63,984 bases of DNA, filler included, from Folioceros fuciformis (GCA_049999805.1; 13 parts of 13 records of this genome joined end to end with filler, not necessarily neighbours in it); one strand, 5' to 3'; positions 51,056 through 63,928 are shown, counted from the first letter of the whole stretch. The notes: generated by a model not told the origin, from the letters alone. A program made the numbers and translations.

Positions 51056-52073
51056 TCTATATAAGCTAAATTCATGTGGTGTTAGTTATCCCGGTTAGGT
51101 TCATACTAGACTAGTTCTAGTTATTAGTGAACTTAGGATAGTGTAGATTATCCCACATTGAATCTGGAAGTTGTGCAGCCCTAAATGTACTACCTAAATG
51201 AGGACCTCGGACCTCCATAGTAAGACAGTGGTGATGTGTATTGTTTTTGGTTGTGACCACCAATACCACCCTCTCTTCTCTCCTCTCCTCTCCTACACTT
51301 GCACATAGACTGGAGTCAATCCTATTGACACAGCATTGGTATTGCCCTTCTTGTCTCTAGCCTGACTGAAGACCTTATTCCTTAGATCGAATTTCTCACC
51401 AAGGCCAGTGAAATCTGGGCACAGTTGGAAGGTCTGTACAGAATAAACAATGTCCTCACACTCTATACTTTGCTTATGGAATTCTATGGACTTAAAATGC
51501 AGGAAGGAGACAAAGTACTTGCTCACACCAGCAAGCTTAGAGACCTTAGGGCACAACTTACCTCTCTTAGTGGAGACAAAGTACTTGCTCGCGCCAGCAA
51601 GCTTAGAGACCTTAGGGCACAACTTACCTCTCTTAGTGGAGACAAAGTACTTTCTTACACCAGCAAGCTTAGAGACCTTAGGGCACAACTTACCTCTCTT
51701 AGTGGAGACAAAGTACTTGCTCACACCAGCAAGCTTAGAGACCTTAGGGCACAACTTACCTCTCTTAGTACTGTGATGGACGAGGTGGACGTGATTGCAC
51801 AATTGCTCGCCAGCCTTTCGCCTAGTTACCAGAACTTTGTATCGCACACAATGTCCCCATCCGACAGGCTAGGGCTGTCGGAGTTGCAGGACGACAAATT
51901 ACTCTCACCTTAGATGAGGTGATAGGGGCTCTCTTCCAGGATAAGCAAAGTAGGCTCTTGTCAGGGTCTGGGAAAACCAAAGTTGACAGAGTGCTGACTG
52001 CTTTCCGTGGACGAGGGGCACAAAAAGGAAAAATGCAGACACAGCCACCTCAAGGCTTCAACCAAGGTCCCCG
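51056..52073 (+). mobile_element. Copia LTR remnant plus gag fragment with a 66-bp tandem expansion
   Basis: 51056-51086 matches the Copia LTR at 63954-63984. The frame ASEIWAQLEGLY..LKMQEGDKV..LLASLSPSYQNF is gag-like, with 66-bp units at 51506, 51572, 51638 and 51704. Confidence 0.8.
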
Positions 52074-52189
52074 TGTGGAGGCAAAACCCCGGGCACTGAT
52101 TGCCGACGGATTCCACCTTTAGTGGCCACACTTATCCCACTGTCGTTGAGACATTGGGTTTCGTTCCCACGAAGGAGCGATGGGGTTCC
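52074..52189 (-). mobile_element. Long-LTR terminus inserted into Copia gag
   Basis: Starts TGTGGAGGCAAAACCCCGGG, the reverse complement of about 40298-40413. Confidence 0.85.
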
Positions 52190-52289
52190 NNNNNNNNNNN
52201 NNNNNNNNNNNNNNNNNNNNNNNNNNNNNNNNNTTAATTAATTAANNNNNNNNNNNNNNNNNNNNNNNNNNNNNNNNNNNNNNNNNNNN

Positions 52290-52711
52290 GCCGAGGGATG
52301 ACCGCGCAGCGAATGCTCGGGGGGTTTCACCGGAGCGTGTATTCTGTGGACATCGGGGCGGACCGGGTTGTCGGTGGCGGGGAGGAGCCCGTTGTTCGGG
52401 TTTGGGATTTCACCCAGGCTCTGGAAACTGAGAGGCGGGCGCAAGCGTCTCGGAGTAGGAGGCTGGACAATCGAGCGCGGCGTAAGAAGAAGGGTACAGG
52501 GGAGGAGAAGGCTATGTGGGCTGGGGCAACCAGCACCACAGCCTGGACGAACAGCCCAGAGCCTCCCGGTGAAGAAGTTCACACCCTTGCCCTAGAGTGG
52601 TCTCCGCTTTTGCAAGCTGGGAGTAGCTGTAAAGGCCCTTTGGTGGAGATGGGGCGTGCCGTTGCTGATGCGAGTAAAGCTAACTCCCCTGGTTGCTTGC
52701 ATGCGGCTTGA
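52290..52711 (+). CDS. 3' end of an F-box/WD40-repeat protein (partial)
   Basis: QRML..SVDIGADRVVGGGEEPVVRVWDFTQALETERRAQA..RLDNRARRKK resembles the last WD40 repeat and tail of the At3g52030-type F-box/WD40 protein. Confidence 0.72.
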
Positions 52712-53582
52712 TATAGTCGGCTGGCTTCTGCCAAAATATGTAGGCTATTCTTTTCAGACTTTTCGTCTGCGCTTTCCTTCTGTGGTCGATGTAACACCCA
52801 TCTCAACTTCAAATGGCTGGTTGTCTTCAAATGGCTCTCGGTTGTCGTCACCACTCCTATCGAGGTCGGAAGCACGCTCATGGCAACCTTCTGTAACGGG
52901 CGCCCGTGAACCGCTCAATATGGGTGTGAGTTGGGGCAGGGTACAGAGGTCGCGACAGGCTGAACCTTGAAGACTTCAGTCTCACCTGTACGTGTATTTT
53001 GCCAACTTATAGCCGGGTACCCCTCGACATAACCATCGACTTAAACGGCGGAAAGAAAACCATGACCGGAAGGGATTCATCGAGGCAACCACCGCGTGAA
53101 GTGTACAAAATATATAGTAGGGCGGCCACGGGCCTGGGAACAAAATTGGTTGCTACAAGCTCAAGGGCAGAAATGACAGGACGCGAGAGGCGGTGATGTG
53201 CTGCACACAGCCTTTCCCAGCCTGTAACATCAGCGCAGGAGCAGCCCTACGACTATTTAAACCCCATTCGTCTAAAGCCGCCCATCAAGAATTCCGAACA
53301 GCTTTACGATCTCTGCGTTCTCTGAAGTGTCCTACAAAGAAATTACAGAGATCTGCTGAGCGCAACCCATACCACACAAACCTATGATGCTGAGTGTATG
53401 GACAAAGTTGCCACTGAACTATAATGCCTGCATCAGGCAGAAAGCTCAACCACCTTGATGTACCGTTAAATTAGCTCAACTACCTTAATTAACACTGTTG
53501 AAAAAAGGATCTAACCCTTTGTTGTGGTAGCCTTCTTGCACCGAGGAACAAATCCCTTTCAGTAATCTGTAAGGCTACTGAT

Positions 53583-55138
53583 TCAACTGTCCTCGTCCTC
53601 GTCATCCTCATCAGGATCCTCCTCGTCATCCTCATCATCAAAACCACCATCCCCTCCTTTTCCCTGCTTCAGAACCAGTTGCAGCAACAAATACGCACTC
53701 AAGATCCGAGTCCCACAAGCGACAAACCTATTGAAACGTCCACTCTTTCTACCGTGCATTAACTCACCACGCCATCTTCATCCTCATCTTCAACCTCCTC
53801 ATCCTCATACTCTTCATCCGCTTCCTGCCATACATGTTACCATGGCGAACAAGTAAGGACACAGCACTTCAAGTCCAAAAAGAGACCCAAGAGAAAAAGG
53901 GACAAAACAGGAATGGACAGTACATTGTTGAAGTACTTAAGAGGATTGGGCCAAAGATCTTCTTTGATGATATCTGCAACCTGGAGGAAACCAGATGCAA
54001 GTTCAAATTACCGAAAGCAGATGATGATCACAATTCAGGGCAAGTAAGTGACTTTGGTGGTCGCAAATCCTGCCCCCAGTTCTTCAGGAAAGAAATACCT
54101 CATCTGAGATACCGTCCACTTGATCCTTTAACTGTACATCCTTGAACCACTTGAAGAAGCTGTAAAACAACAAGAACCGCAAACCCAATCTAAACAAGTG
54201 CCCAGACCAACACAGCGAATCTCAACATGCAAAAGTTGAGCGCCAACAACCATATGAAGACGTAGCCACACCTGTCTTGGGCCATAAATGACCTTTTGTT
54301 TCCTTCTTTCTCATGCAAAACGCCATTAGTCAGATCCTGCACGTCTCCAAAGACAAGGGTAATGGGTGAGCCGAAGAGGTCATCCTCAATAGACATGAAC
54401 TTCCACGAAGATTCAATGATCTAACGATTATTGCGGAGAGCATACCATGCCATCTTTCCACCGAGGTTGAGTACCATTGACAGAGATGGTCCCTTCATCC
54501 GAGAAGCGAAACACCTTGGTCAACTTCGAATCCTCGAAGTAAGGATTTTGTTTAAACGTCTACAGAACAGAAACTCACATATGACACCTGGCTCCAGGAA
54601 AGTTCAAGCCAAACAGCACTCACAGCTAGACCTAATCAGCCAATACTTTTCAGAAAACTCACAAACGTGATGCTGTATCCTGACTTTACGTCTTTGAAGT
54701 CCTCCACATCCAAAGACCTTAAATATTTGAAGACCTGCATCCCACACAAAAACCCTGCGATGAGCGTCCACGAAACGCCAGTGCGCCGCCACTACACCCC
54801 CTGACATCATCATCCAATGCCGCTTACCTTTTGGTCATCCTCAGTCAGGAGCTCGCACAGCATCGGATGGCTCAGGAACTGCAACCCCACAGCACAACAA
54901 TCAACAGTCATCCAAACACGCCACGACGAACAGCCAACGAAAATGGCGCCCACACGACACAAGCGTTCCCAATCACGCCAATCCAACAAGAAGCAGGAAC
55001 CGGATTACAACATACCGCCGTGAGCCAGAAGTCGGGAATATTCTGAATAATTTCATTCCGCTTGTTATACACGGGGCGCCTAATTTCGTTATACTTCTGC
55101 TCCACTTCCAACACTTTGTCACTAGCCTCCTCATTGAC
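53583..55138 (-). CDS. NRP1: NAP1-related protein (NRP/SET histone chaperone); first exon probably in the N gap at 55324-55423
   Basis: Spliced exons [66 protein letters not shown]|..NPYFED..|FFKWF..|[19 protein letters not shown]|acidic tail, with TGA at 53583. The NRP1 versus NRP2 paralog cannot be resolved. Confidence 0.93.
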
Positions 55139-56619
55139 CTGCACACCGACCGCAGACTCCGAGGGCGTCACAACCCGAACCAAACCAAACCCGGGCCCCA
55201 GCCGTCACCGGCCCCGCATCCAATTCAAAGAGGCAGCCACCTCCCAGCCGCCGCAAAGAACAAGAAGCACAGCACCCGGCCACAAAGACAAGGCTTTCAG
55301 AACATGCGCGATTTAGTCCGGGANNNNNNNNNNNNNNNNNNNNNNNNNNNNNNNNNNNNNNNNNNNNNNNNNNNNNNNNNNNNNNNNNNNNNNNNNNNNN
55401 NNNNNNNNNNNNNNNNNNNNNNNGCCGAGCCCAGGGCAGAGCTGCGGCGCGCAGCCTGGCCTGAGGCTCCCGTGCGGCGGCCCCGCCGCGACCGGCCTCC
55501 CCGGCCCCCGCCGCACACACTACACGTTCTCGGCCCGGCCCCGGCAGCGGCGTCTCTCGGGCGTCTCCCTCGCCTTTTGCCTGCACAGCACTGGAGCGAT
55601 CTTGGATAGCATGGCGGAGGCGCGATGGCACAGTAAGGAGACGCCGCGCCTCAAGCAACCACACCAGCCAGGGCTTCCCAGCGCTCCGCAAGCCAGATAG
55701 ACTTTTAGGCCGCACGCACCAAGGAAGAAAGCCCCGGCTGTCCGAGGCCCCCAAAGGGATTTGGTAACTTGGTTTCCCGCTCCCCACCGCCGCCAACCGG
55801 TTAGCCACGCCCGAGCTCCCAGTAAACGGCTTCCTTCACACAGTTGCTTCCCAAAATCCTCGTCCACTCCAACACCTAACAACAGGTATGTACATCTAAC
55901 ATTCCTCCTCTTCTAATCCACTGCTGTAAATGAATTTTGTTCAGCATGTTTGACACAAGAGAGAACAGGCTGCATAGTAGTAATTGCTTATACTAGCTTT
56001 GTGACAGTTTGGAATAACTGAAGGCTGCTTTTGTGGAAGGCATAGCATATGTAATTTCATATATGATATGACTTTCCCTACCTAGCAACTTTTTTCATAT
56101 GATGATGTTTATCCATGACCCTTCAAAAGAGCCAAGATATCACAACAAGCTGTAGTTGATTATTATGAAGACTGTTGGAAGGTCAAATCCAAATGGTTAT
56201 CATCATGTTTGGACACTTACAAGAAATGAAAACCTATAGGCACCATCTGATTGAGCAAGATTGAGTAATGACCCATGCGCTCTAATTGGGCCTTACATTG
56301 AGGATGAATCACTAGTGCTAAAGATAAAGCACCAGTGCTGGTGTGCCTAGTTAGGTCACAACCCGCAACTAAAATATGACAAAACCTCTTAGTAGAGAAC
56401 CTTAGATTAACTTCATGTGGTCATCATACTACATGGCGTGGGTAACTGAACTACTCCTACACACAAGCATAGAATGGAGCACAAGAAAAAAGTTTTCATG
56501 CACCTACTCTCCTTGCAAACTCGAAAAGGCAATCTCCCATGGCCTTTTGCAGTGCAAGTTGATGCTACACAATTATGTCGTTCTAGGCCCCATATGCTTC
56601 TACGCTTCCATAACATTAG

Positions 56620-57366
56620 CACTTGAAGTTAGTAACAAGCCTGGAAATGCCAACTTATTGTATGCTCCGGGAAATTCAATTAGGTACTAACACGATGATA
56701 TGGATATGCAAGATTTGTGCACTCGCTACATGGACTTTTTGAGTTTCTGCATGGTGTAGTAAAGAGAGAAAAGTATGCTTTTGGGATTTACCATCATTTG
56801 TGGGTAATGAAATTTGTGTCTAGGCAATTAAAGTTCAACCGGAGGTGGTTAAATTGGCCCAATAGGTCCCAGATGCAAAGCATACTCTTAGGTTGATCTA
56901 TGAGGCGATGGGGGACAAGAAGAAATTGTTGAGCATTTATATGCTGGTTGCAACTATGAGTCAATTGGATTCAGCTCCATAGAAATGTCTTGCATCGTGA
57001 TCAATATAATGTTGTTGCTCGTTGTCGTGTTAGGGCTTAAAAGCTAACAAAGAATTAAACTATGTCCTTAGACAATTTGGAAGGGCCATGTCTACATGTT
57101 CTCCCCTTCGACATTCTTATATATTGTTGGCTTTGGACTTAGAAACCATTAAACATCAATGACGTTGTTGCTATGTTTGTAGGGAGCAAGGAAACAATGT
57201 CGAAGTCATGTTGTTGCTTACAAAGGTAATAAAAGCACACCCTCATGATGAAGCTGCAAAGTGGGATCAAACATTAATCTACCTAGAGTTAAGAGATTTT
57301 AAGAAAGTCGTTGATGTATATAAGCACTTTGTAGCTTCTTGCCCAAGTTGTGTGGAAGCTTGCAAG
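56620..57366 (+). pseudogene. Three-exon pseudogenic fragment of a TFIIIC TPR subunit (GTF3C3/Tfc4-like)
   Basis: EVSNKPGNANLLYAPG | EVVKLAQ*VPDAKHTLRLIYEAMGDKKK..YMLVA..DSAP*KCLAS*S | EQGN..LTKVIKAHPHDEAAKWD..YLELRDFKK..VEACK. It has in-frame stops and retains its introns. Confidence 0.7.
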
Positions 57367-58281
57367 GTGTCATTAATCTTACTTATTAGCAAAACATAAT
57401 TATTAACTAATTATTATGCACCTAAGCGACAACACACAATCATGCTTGACAGTCATCATTATCTGTTTATAAGATTTGCACTTCTACTAATGTTGAAGGA
57501 TGCCCCTATACCCCTTTAGTGCAACGCTCGGCAATAGAGCTTTTAAAGCCAGAAGCATCAGGGTTTGCGCTGGCCGTGGAGGCAACCCCTTGCTTCCCAC
57601 TCACTTCTTCCATTCTCTTCTAAATAAGTGATGTCCTCCTAGCTTACGTCCGTCGACCGACACTGTAGGCAGCTGCCATTCACCACTAAATCTCTCCCCG
57701 TCCTCCAACAAATAGTCAGAGACAAAATGACTATCCGCAGGCTCTGATGGTGTTGCTCCTCCAAAATCATGGCTAGAGTAATCTTCACTGTTGTGATCCG
57801 GTTGCATGTCATCAATTTCCTCCTCGTCCCACATAGCCACGCTGTGGACGTTTTCTGCCCATGCTCGAGGAATGCTGCCTTCTCGCCACTGCAAGACACT
57901 CCGCACCACAAGGTTGTCATAGGAAAGGGCAATCAACTTATGGATATTCAAATAGCAAAAAGCAGCACTCCCGTTGAAACCAAAAAACCCTTTCGCTCAC
58001 TCCCGACCACCATGAACTTACTCTTCGCTTGGGCTTGTACAACCGGTGCAGCACTTGGGCATGCAAGTTCTCCCTGCCGCTCACTCCTAGTATAGCCCTC
58101 TGCACGACAAGGTCTGGCAAATAGCACGGCTCAACCACCCACTTGTTGTGTGAGCCGCTGATCTAGCTACCACCTTCTACTTTTGTTCCTTCCACCAGAT
58201 TGGAAATTTGTATTGTAGCCAATCTGGTAGCTAATACCGGGTGGAACAACCGCAGTCACTTTGCGCCCCCTAGTAGGTCCC

Positions 58282-60813
58282 TGTGGAGTCCGCATGACGA
58301 GGAGATCCTTTTCCAGGGTAGTGTTTTTTTTTTTGGGTTTTTGATTGAATTTTGTAGAGAAGTGGTTGAGAGATTAGGCTAATAAGTTGATAGGGTCTAA
58401 GTAGGAAGTGTGGTAGGTCACAGGTCTAGGTTCCTCTGGTTAGGGTGTCCAGATGTGTGTGGATGTGCAGAGGTGTGTGGAACCCTAGATCTAGGAGGCG
58501 AGTGGGGTTCCATGGAGTGGGCAGGCAGTGCACGAGGATGGCTAGCCGAAACACGGCGGATTGATGAGCAGCATGGCAGGAACAGCGGCGCTCCTAGGCC
58601 CGTATGGGTGGGAGCACCCGAGTTACGATCCTCTACAACTTGCCATCAGGGAGGCGGCAACCCCTCAACTGCAGCTTCTACGTCAACCTCAATCCGTGCC
58701 TGCCGGAGGCCGGAAGTCACATTGTGGGAGTGTGCAGGGGGATTTGGAAATCTGTCATGGCAGATCTACTGCGACCGGGGCTCAAGGATGCGAAGCACGG
58801 ACTGCTGCATTCGTCTAAGGGCTCGATGAATAAAGCGCTGTACTACAGTGCTACAATGGGCATTGGCATAGGGCTCTGGATAGGCTGTGGGGGCGGCACT
58901 TCTTCAATGGTTGTGTGATCAACAACTGCGGGCATTTAAGCGGATGGGCAGCTAGGTGTTGTGCTGCAGGTGGCTGCTCGTTCATGTGGGAAAAGGGTGC
59001 CTAGCAACTGTACGCAGGAGCGGACGACGTGCTGGGATTGCTGCAGGATTTGTAGCTGAAGTGGATTGGGGAGCCGGGGGATTGGCACCTCTGCTAGTGC
59101 ATCACTTGAGCCCGTGCTTGTGGTGCTGGTGCCTCTGCTCTGGGTCGGCTTCTGTGTGGCATCCACAGCAATAGCAGACGGGGCCTGGCGAGGGTCTCGT
59201 CTAGGCCGGATGGGCAAGGTGGGCGGCATCGCGCCTAGGTAGCACCCAGGCCGGTTGACGGCTGGCGGGGGCTGGCTGGTCGTGGCTGGGCACAGGCGGT
59301 CTGGCAGGTGGCCGGGCCAGCAGTGGCCCAGCTGCGGAGGGCCGGTAGGTGCCTCAATAGCACGGAGAACTGAGTTCCAGATCCTGTTGGGCTGAGAGGA
59401 GATCCAGCTGGGGTTGTTGAGAGGGAGTAGGCTTGCTGTCCAGGGGGAAGAAGGGGGGTGTTCTAAGTGACTCCAAGGATGACAGTCTGGATTCCTAGTC
59501 TTGAGCTACTATTAGCTCATCTTAGTGCATGCAAGGAGGTATGAGGGAGTTAAGGACAGTTTTGAGAGGTACTGATGATCGTTGATGATTGTTGGTAGGG
59601 GCAACCAGTCTTGTCCAAGGGGTAGCGGGAAATTAGGGTTAGGATTAGGTTAGAGTTGGGCTCAGCTTAGGTTGATGTTAGGATTAGGTCGAACTAAGGT
59701 TAGGTCATAGCTAGGGTTAGGTTAGGTCAGAGTTAGGTTTAGTTTAGGTCAGAGTTAGGGGCGGCTTAGGTTAGAGAGAGGTTGCTAGGCAGTTGACTGA
59801 GGCTAACCCTAGTAGATAGAGATGGGGGTTTGGGCCAAGGGTAGTATAAGTGGCCACACCTGCCATTGAGGAGGGGGTAGTCTTACGATGTGATTCCCCT
59901 TATGTTCAGGCTACCGGATTAGAGTGGCTAATCCGGTTTGAGACTAACCAAGGGCTTGATCCCCTTTGCCATTAGGGGGACGTGGAGGATCCCTATACTA
60001 CCGAGATCTGTGTGGCCGGATCCGCAATGGCTTACCTCCTTGCATGTTGGCTGAGGTGAGGTTGCAGGGCCGTGAGCCAAGGAGGCTATCCAGCCCTAGG
60101 CCTCGCTTCTGCCTTGAAGGCTGCAAAGGGGAAGGCTGTCGTGTTCCAAATTCCAGGAGAGAAGGGTTGAGTTGCAGATTTTGGGAGTGGGAGTGTTGAG
60201 GTGAGGAGTGGGGCTGAAGTGAGGTGCTGGAGTGAAGGATTGAAATGTTGGAGTGAAGTGTTGAAGTGGTGGAGTGGGGTGCTGAAGCTGGAGTGAGGAG
60301 CTTGCTGAGTTTGAGGGCTCCATTCAGTTGCTGAGGCAGTTAACACTAGGTGCTGAGAGTTGGAGGCCGGCGGGTGCTGGAGTCTCCTTTCAGCTGTAGA
60401 GGTGGCTGGAGCTTGGGTTGAGACTAGGGGCCGAGGTTGGAGCCGAAGCTTCCTCTCAACCGGCAAGAGGGCCGTCTTGGAGCTGAGAGTTGGAGGCCGG
60501 ACCTGGGGCTAGAGTCTCCTTTTAGCATTGAATAGATTGATACTTGGAGCTGGAAACGGGGGCTGAAGACAATGTTGGAGTTCTCATTTAGTTGAGGCTG
60601 GGGTTGGTGTTGTGGTAGGGGCTGAAGACAAGACCGGGAATTCTGACCTATTACTATAGCACTAGGTATCGGCTGATAGATAGGGTGAGATTAGGGAGAT
60701 GTAGGTAACCTTGACACCAGTTCACTCCCTTGGGAGCGAATCATAAGACTGCAACGACAATAGGGGGAAATGTGGCCTCTTTGGTGGTTCTTGGGTGTAA
60801 GAATCACTCCACA
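58282..60813 (+). mobile_element. Complete 2532-bp solo LTR with 5-bp target-site duplication
   Basis: GTCCC (58277-58281) | TGTGGAGT...ACTCCACA | GTCCC (60814-60818), with no recognisable coding domain inside. Confidence 0.88.
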
Positions 60814-61355
60814 GTCCCATGCACTCAATCATGCTGGACGCATGCTATTCAATTGTCATCACCAACGACATTCCCTCCTTCATCAGCAAGTCTTTCAATT
60901 CATGCACACTCCTATGTCGATGAGCCTGCTGGTTGGGGCCAGAGTGTTTATGAAAGAACGTGTTGATCGCTGCTACATAGGGTAATTAGGGTTTGACTTT
61001 ATTTCTTTATATGCAACTGAAGGGAGGTTTATTTGCTTCTTGAGTCCTACCTAACCTTTCGAACATCATGGAAAACAATATTTGGTGCTTCGATCTTGTT
61101 CCATAGCGTAGAAAATCTCCAGCCCGTTTTGGTGCCAATGAGCACTTTCAGTAGCATCTTCCATGCATCTGTGGTCCTGTGGCCTGCGCTGTCCAAGCCA
61201 AACAAGACGCGCACTGAGGGCGGCCTGAAGGAATGCTCTAGGAGAAACATAGTGAAGGAGAAGAGAGGAGGAGGCAAGAAGGAGGAGAAACAGAGGTCAC
61301 ACCCTCACAATAGAGTCACCCAATACAAGGGAGTTCAAGGGGGTATTTATACCCT

Positions 61356-62092
61356 CTAGAAGAGCTCCCTAGGAAGCTTCACAAGAAGCCCACATGAAGC
61401 TGCACAATGCAACACTGGAAGCTCAACCTTGATCCCCAAATCTCCCACTAAACGAGCAAGCCACATGGCTTCCTTGCACGCCTCAGTTGCTGCACCATAC
61501 TCGGCCTCTGCGGTGGATAGCGTTATGCACGATTGCAAACGAGATCGCCATGAAACTGCCCCTCCTGTGCACATGAATACATAACCTGATGTGGACCTTC
61601 TTTTGTCCATATCCCCTGCATAATCAGCATCCGTATATCCTACGACAGATGCATCTTCACTACCAAAACATAAGCACAAAGATTTTGTACCATTCAAGTA
61701 CCTCATAACTCCTTTCACTGCCTCCCAATGCTTCTTGCCAGGGTTTGACATAAACCTGCTAACCACTCCCACTGCAAACGCAATGTCAGGACATGTAGCA
61801 ATCATTGCATACATCAAACTCCCCACAGTTGATGAGTATGGAACCTTCTCCATTTCAGCTTTATCCTCCGCAAAACTTGGGCAATCCTTGCTTGAAAGTT
61901 TCACATATGGAGGCATCGGAGTGCTCAATACCTTCCCCTTCTCCATATTGAAACGTTGAAGCACCTTTTTAATGTATTTAGTCTAAGACAAGTAAAGCAA
62001 ATGCTTCTGTCTATCTTGTCGAATACGCATGCCAAGAATATGGCTTGCCTCTCCCAAGTCTGTCATGTCAAAGCGACCATTCAACTTTGACT
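61356..62092 (-). mobile_element. Ty1/Copia RT-RNase H fragment (truncated)
   Basis: VPYSSTVGSLMYAMIATCPDIAFAVGVVSRFMSNPG, GYTDADYAGD, WRSRLQSCITLSTAEAEY; an upstream in-frame stop is present. Confidence 0.93.
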
Positions 62093-62192
62093 NNNNNNNN
62101 NNNNNNNNNNNNNNNNNNNNNNNNNNNNNNNNNNNNTTAATTAATTAANNNNNNNNNNNNNNNNNNNNNNNNNNNNNNNNNNNNNNNNNNNN

Positions 62193-63924
62193 ATGTAGCT
62201 AGGCACCATGCCTATATGGCAAAGGTTGTACAGGATGTGGAACCAAGAAGCTTTGAAGAAGCTATTGGAGACACAAAGTGGGAACATGCTATGGATGAAG
62301 AAATGAATGCATTAAATCAGAATGCAACATGGGACCTAGTACAACTACCTGAAGGCAAGAAACCAATAGGTTGCAAATGGGTGTACAAGGTCAAAAACAA
62401 CACAGATGGTAGTATCAACAGGTACAAGGCAAGGCTTGTGGCCAAGGGATATGCCCAGACATATGGAATAGATTTTGAGGAGACGTTCAGTCTAGTTGCC
62501 AAAATGGCAACAATTCGAACCGTGATCGCACTAGCGGCATCGAAAGGTTGGGTCCTACATCATATGGATGTGAAGAATGCGTTTTTACATGGAGAATTGC
62601 TGGAAGNNNNNNNNNNNNNNNNNNNNNNNNNNNNNNNNNNNNNNNNNNNNNNNNNNNNNNNNNNNNNNNNNNNNNNNNNNNNNNNNNNNNNNNNNNNNNN
62701 NNNNNNGTCCTACATCATATGGATGTGAAGAATGCGTTTTCACATGGAGAATTGCTGGAAGAAGTATACATGGACCAGCCACCAAGTTATGAGGATTTGG
62801 ATCATCCAAATCATGTGTGCAAGCTGAAAAAAACGTTGTACGGACTGAAGCAAGCCCCGAGGGCTTGGCATGAGCGTCTTGCTCAGCATCTGATTCACAT
62901 CGGATTCAACATGGCAGATGCGGATCATTCGTTGTATGTGTGCAAAAGTACAAAACGACTGGTCTTTGTGACCATTTATGTGGATGATCTAATCATTGGA
63001 GGTAATCAGTTGGATCAAGTGGAGCAGATCAAGGAACTTCTACAACAAGAGTTCAAGATGGCGGACCTAGGTGAACTGAGGTTCTTTTTGGGCATTGAAA
63101 TTATACGAACCAACACAGGCATTTGGCTGTCACAGCGGAAGTATGCGTCGGATGTACTAACTAAGTATGGTATGGTTGAGTGCAAGCCAATCTCGATTCC
63201 TTTGGATCAAAATCTAAAGCTCAGTGCTCATGATGGTGAAGCACTTGAAGATCCAACAATGTACAGGAAGATTGTGGGTAGCTTGATATATCTCACTCTA
63301 TCCCGACCAGATTTGAACTATACAGTGGGATTGCAAAGTCAGTTTATGCAGGCGCCAAGAAAGCCACATTTGGATGCAGTAAGGCGAACGTTGCGCTATG
63401 TGAAGGCAACTATGGATCATGCTCTCTTTTATGTTGCAGATTTAGAAATAAACCTGTGTGGATACATAGATGCAGATTGGGCAGGCAGTGTTACTGATCG
63501 TAGATCTACAAGTGGATTCACTTTTTCACTTGGGAGTGCAGCAATTACATGGAGTAGCAAGAAGCAGCCTACAGTGGCTTTGTCTAGTACAGAAGCTGAA
63601 TATAGAGGCGCAGCAATGGCAGCGTGTGAAGTGACTTGGATTTGTAAGTTACTCGGAGATTTTGGATTGCAGGTCAACGACAAGGTTGTTATCTACTGTG
63701 ACAATCTTAGCAGCATACAGTTGGCGCGAAACCCAGTGTTTCATGCCAGGACAAAACACATTGAAATACATTATCATTTTCTTCGCGAAAGGATTTTATC
63801 TGGAGCTATTGATCTTGTGTATGTCAACACAGACGAGCAGATAGCCGATATATTTACTAAGCCAATGGGAGCAGAGAAGCTGAAGAAATTCCGAGCTATG
63901 TTAGGCGTACAGATGCTATGTTGA
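62193..63924 (+). mobile_element. Ty1/Copia pol (RT and RNase H)
   Basis: EPRSFEEA, CKWVYKVK, YKARLVAKGY, MDVKNAF, LYGLKQAPRAW, IYVDDLII, DADWAG, SSTEAEY, ADIFTK. Confidence 0.97.
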
Positions 63925-63928
63925 GCTC

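Larger units (their letters stand above)
13447..62192. other. Twelve artificial contig-joining spacers (N44-TTAATTAATTAA-N44)
   Basis: A six-frame stop linker occurs at 13491, 21220, 26867, 30883, 34639, 36021, 39385, 44123, 46743, 49835, 52234 and 62137, always embedded in N runs. Confidence 0.97.

Noticed and set aside
404-55138. Apparent cluster of chromatin and transcription genes (NC2-alpha, MED25, MHF2, NRP)
   Set aside because: They lie on several artificially joined contigs, one is a pseudogene, and nothing indicates co-regulation.
57601-58276. Minus-strand ORFs left of the solo LTR
   Set aside because: They show no recognisable motif or consistent splice pattern and are probably decayed TE sequence.
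13491-62148. Recurrent TTAATTAATTAA palindrome as a biological repeat or recombination site
   Set aside because: It is always centred in N runs and encodes stops in all six frames, so it is a scaffolding linker. Gene adjacency across these joins cannot be trusted.
62551-62760. Duplicated segments flanking N gaps (also 35086-35283, 47739-47836, 50127-50263)
   Set aside because: These are typical unmerged contig overlaps at scaffold gaps.
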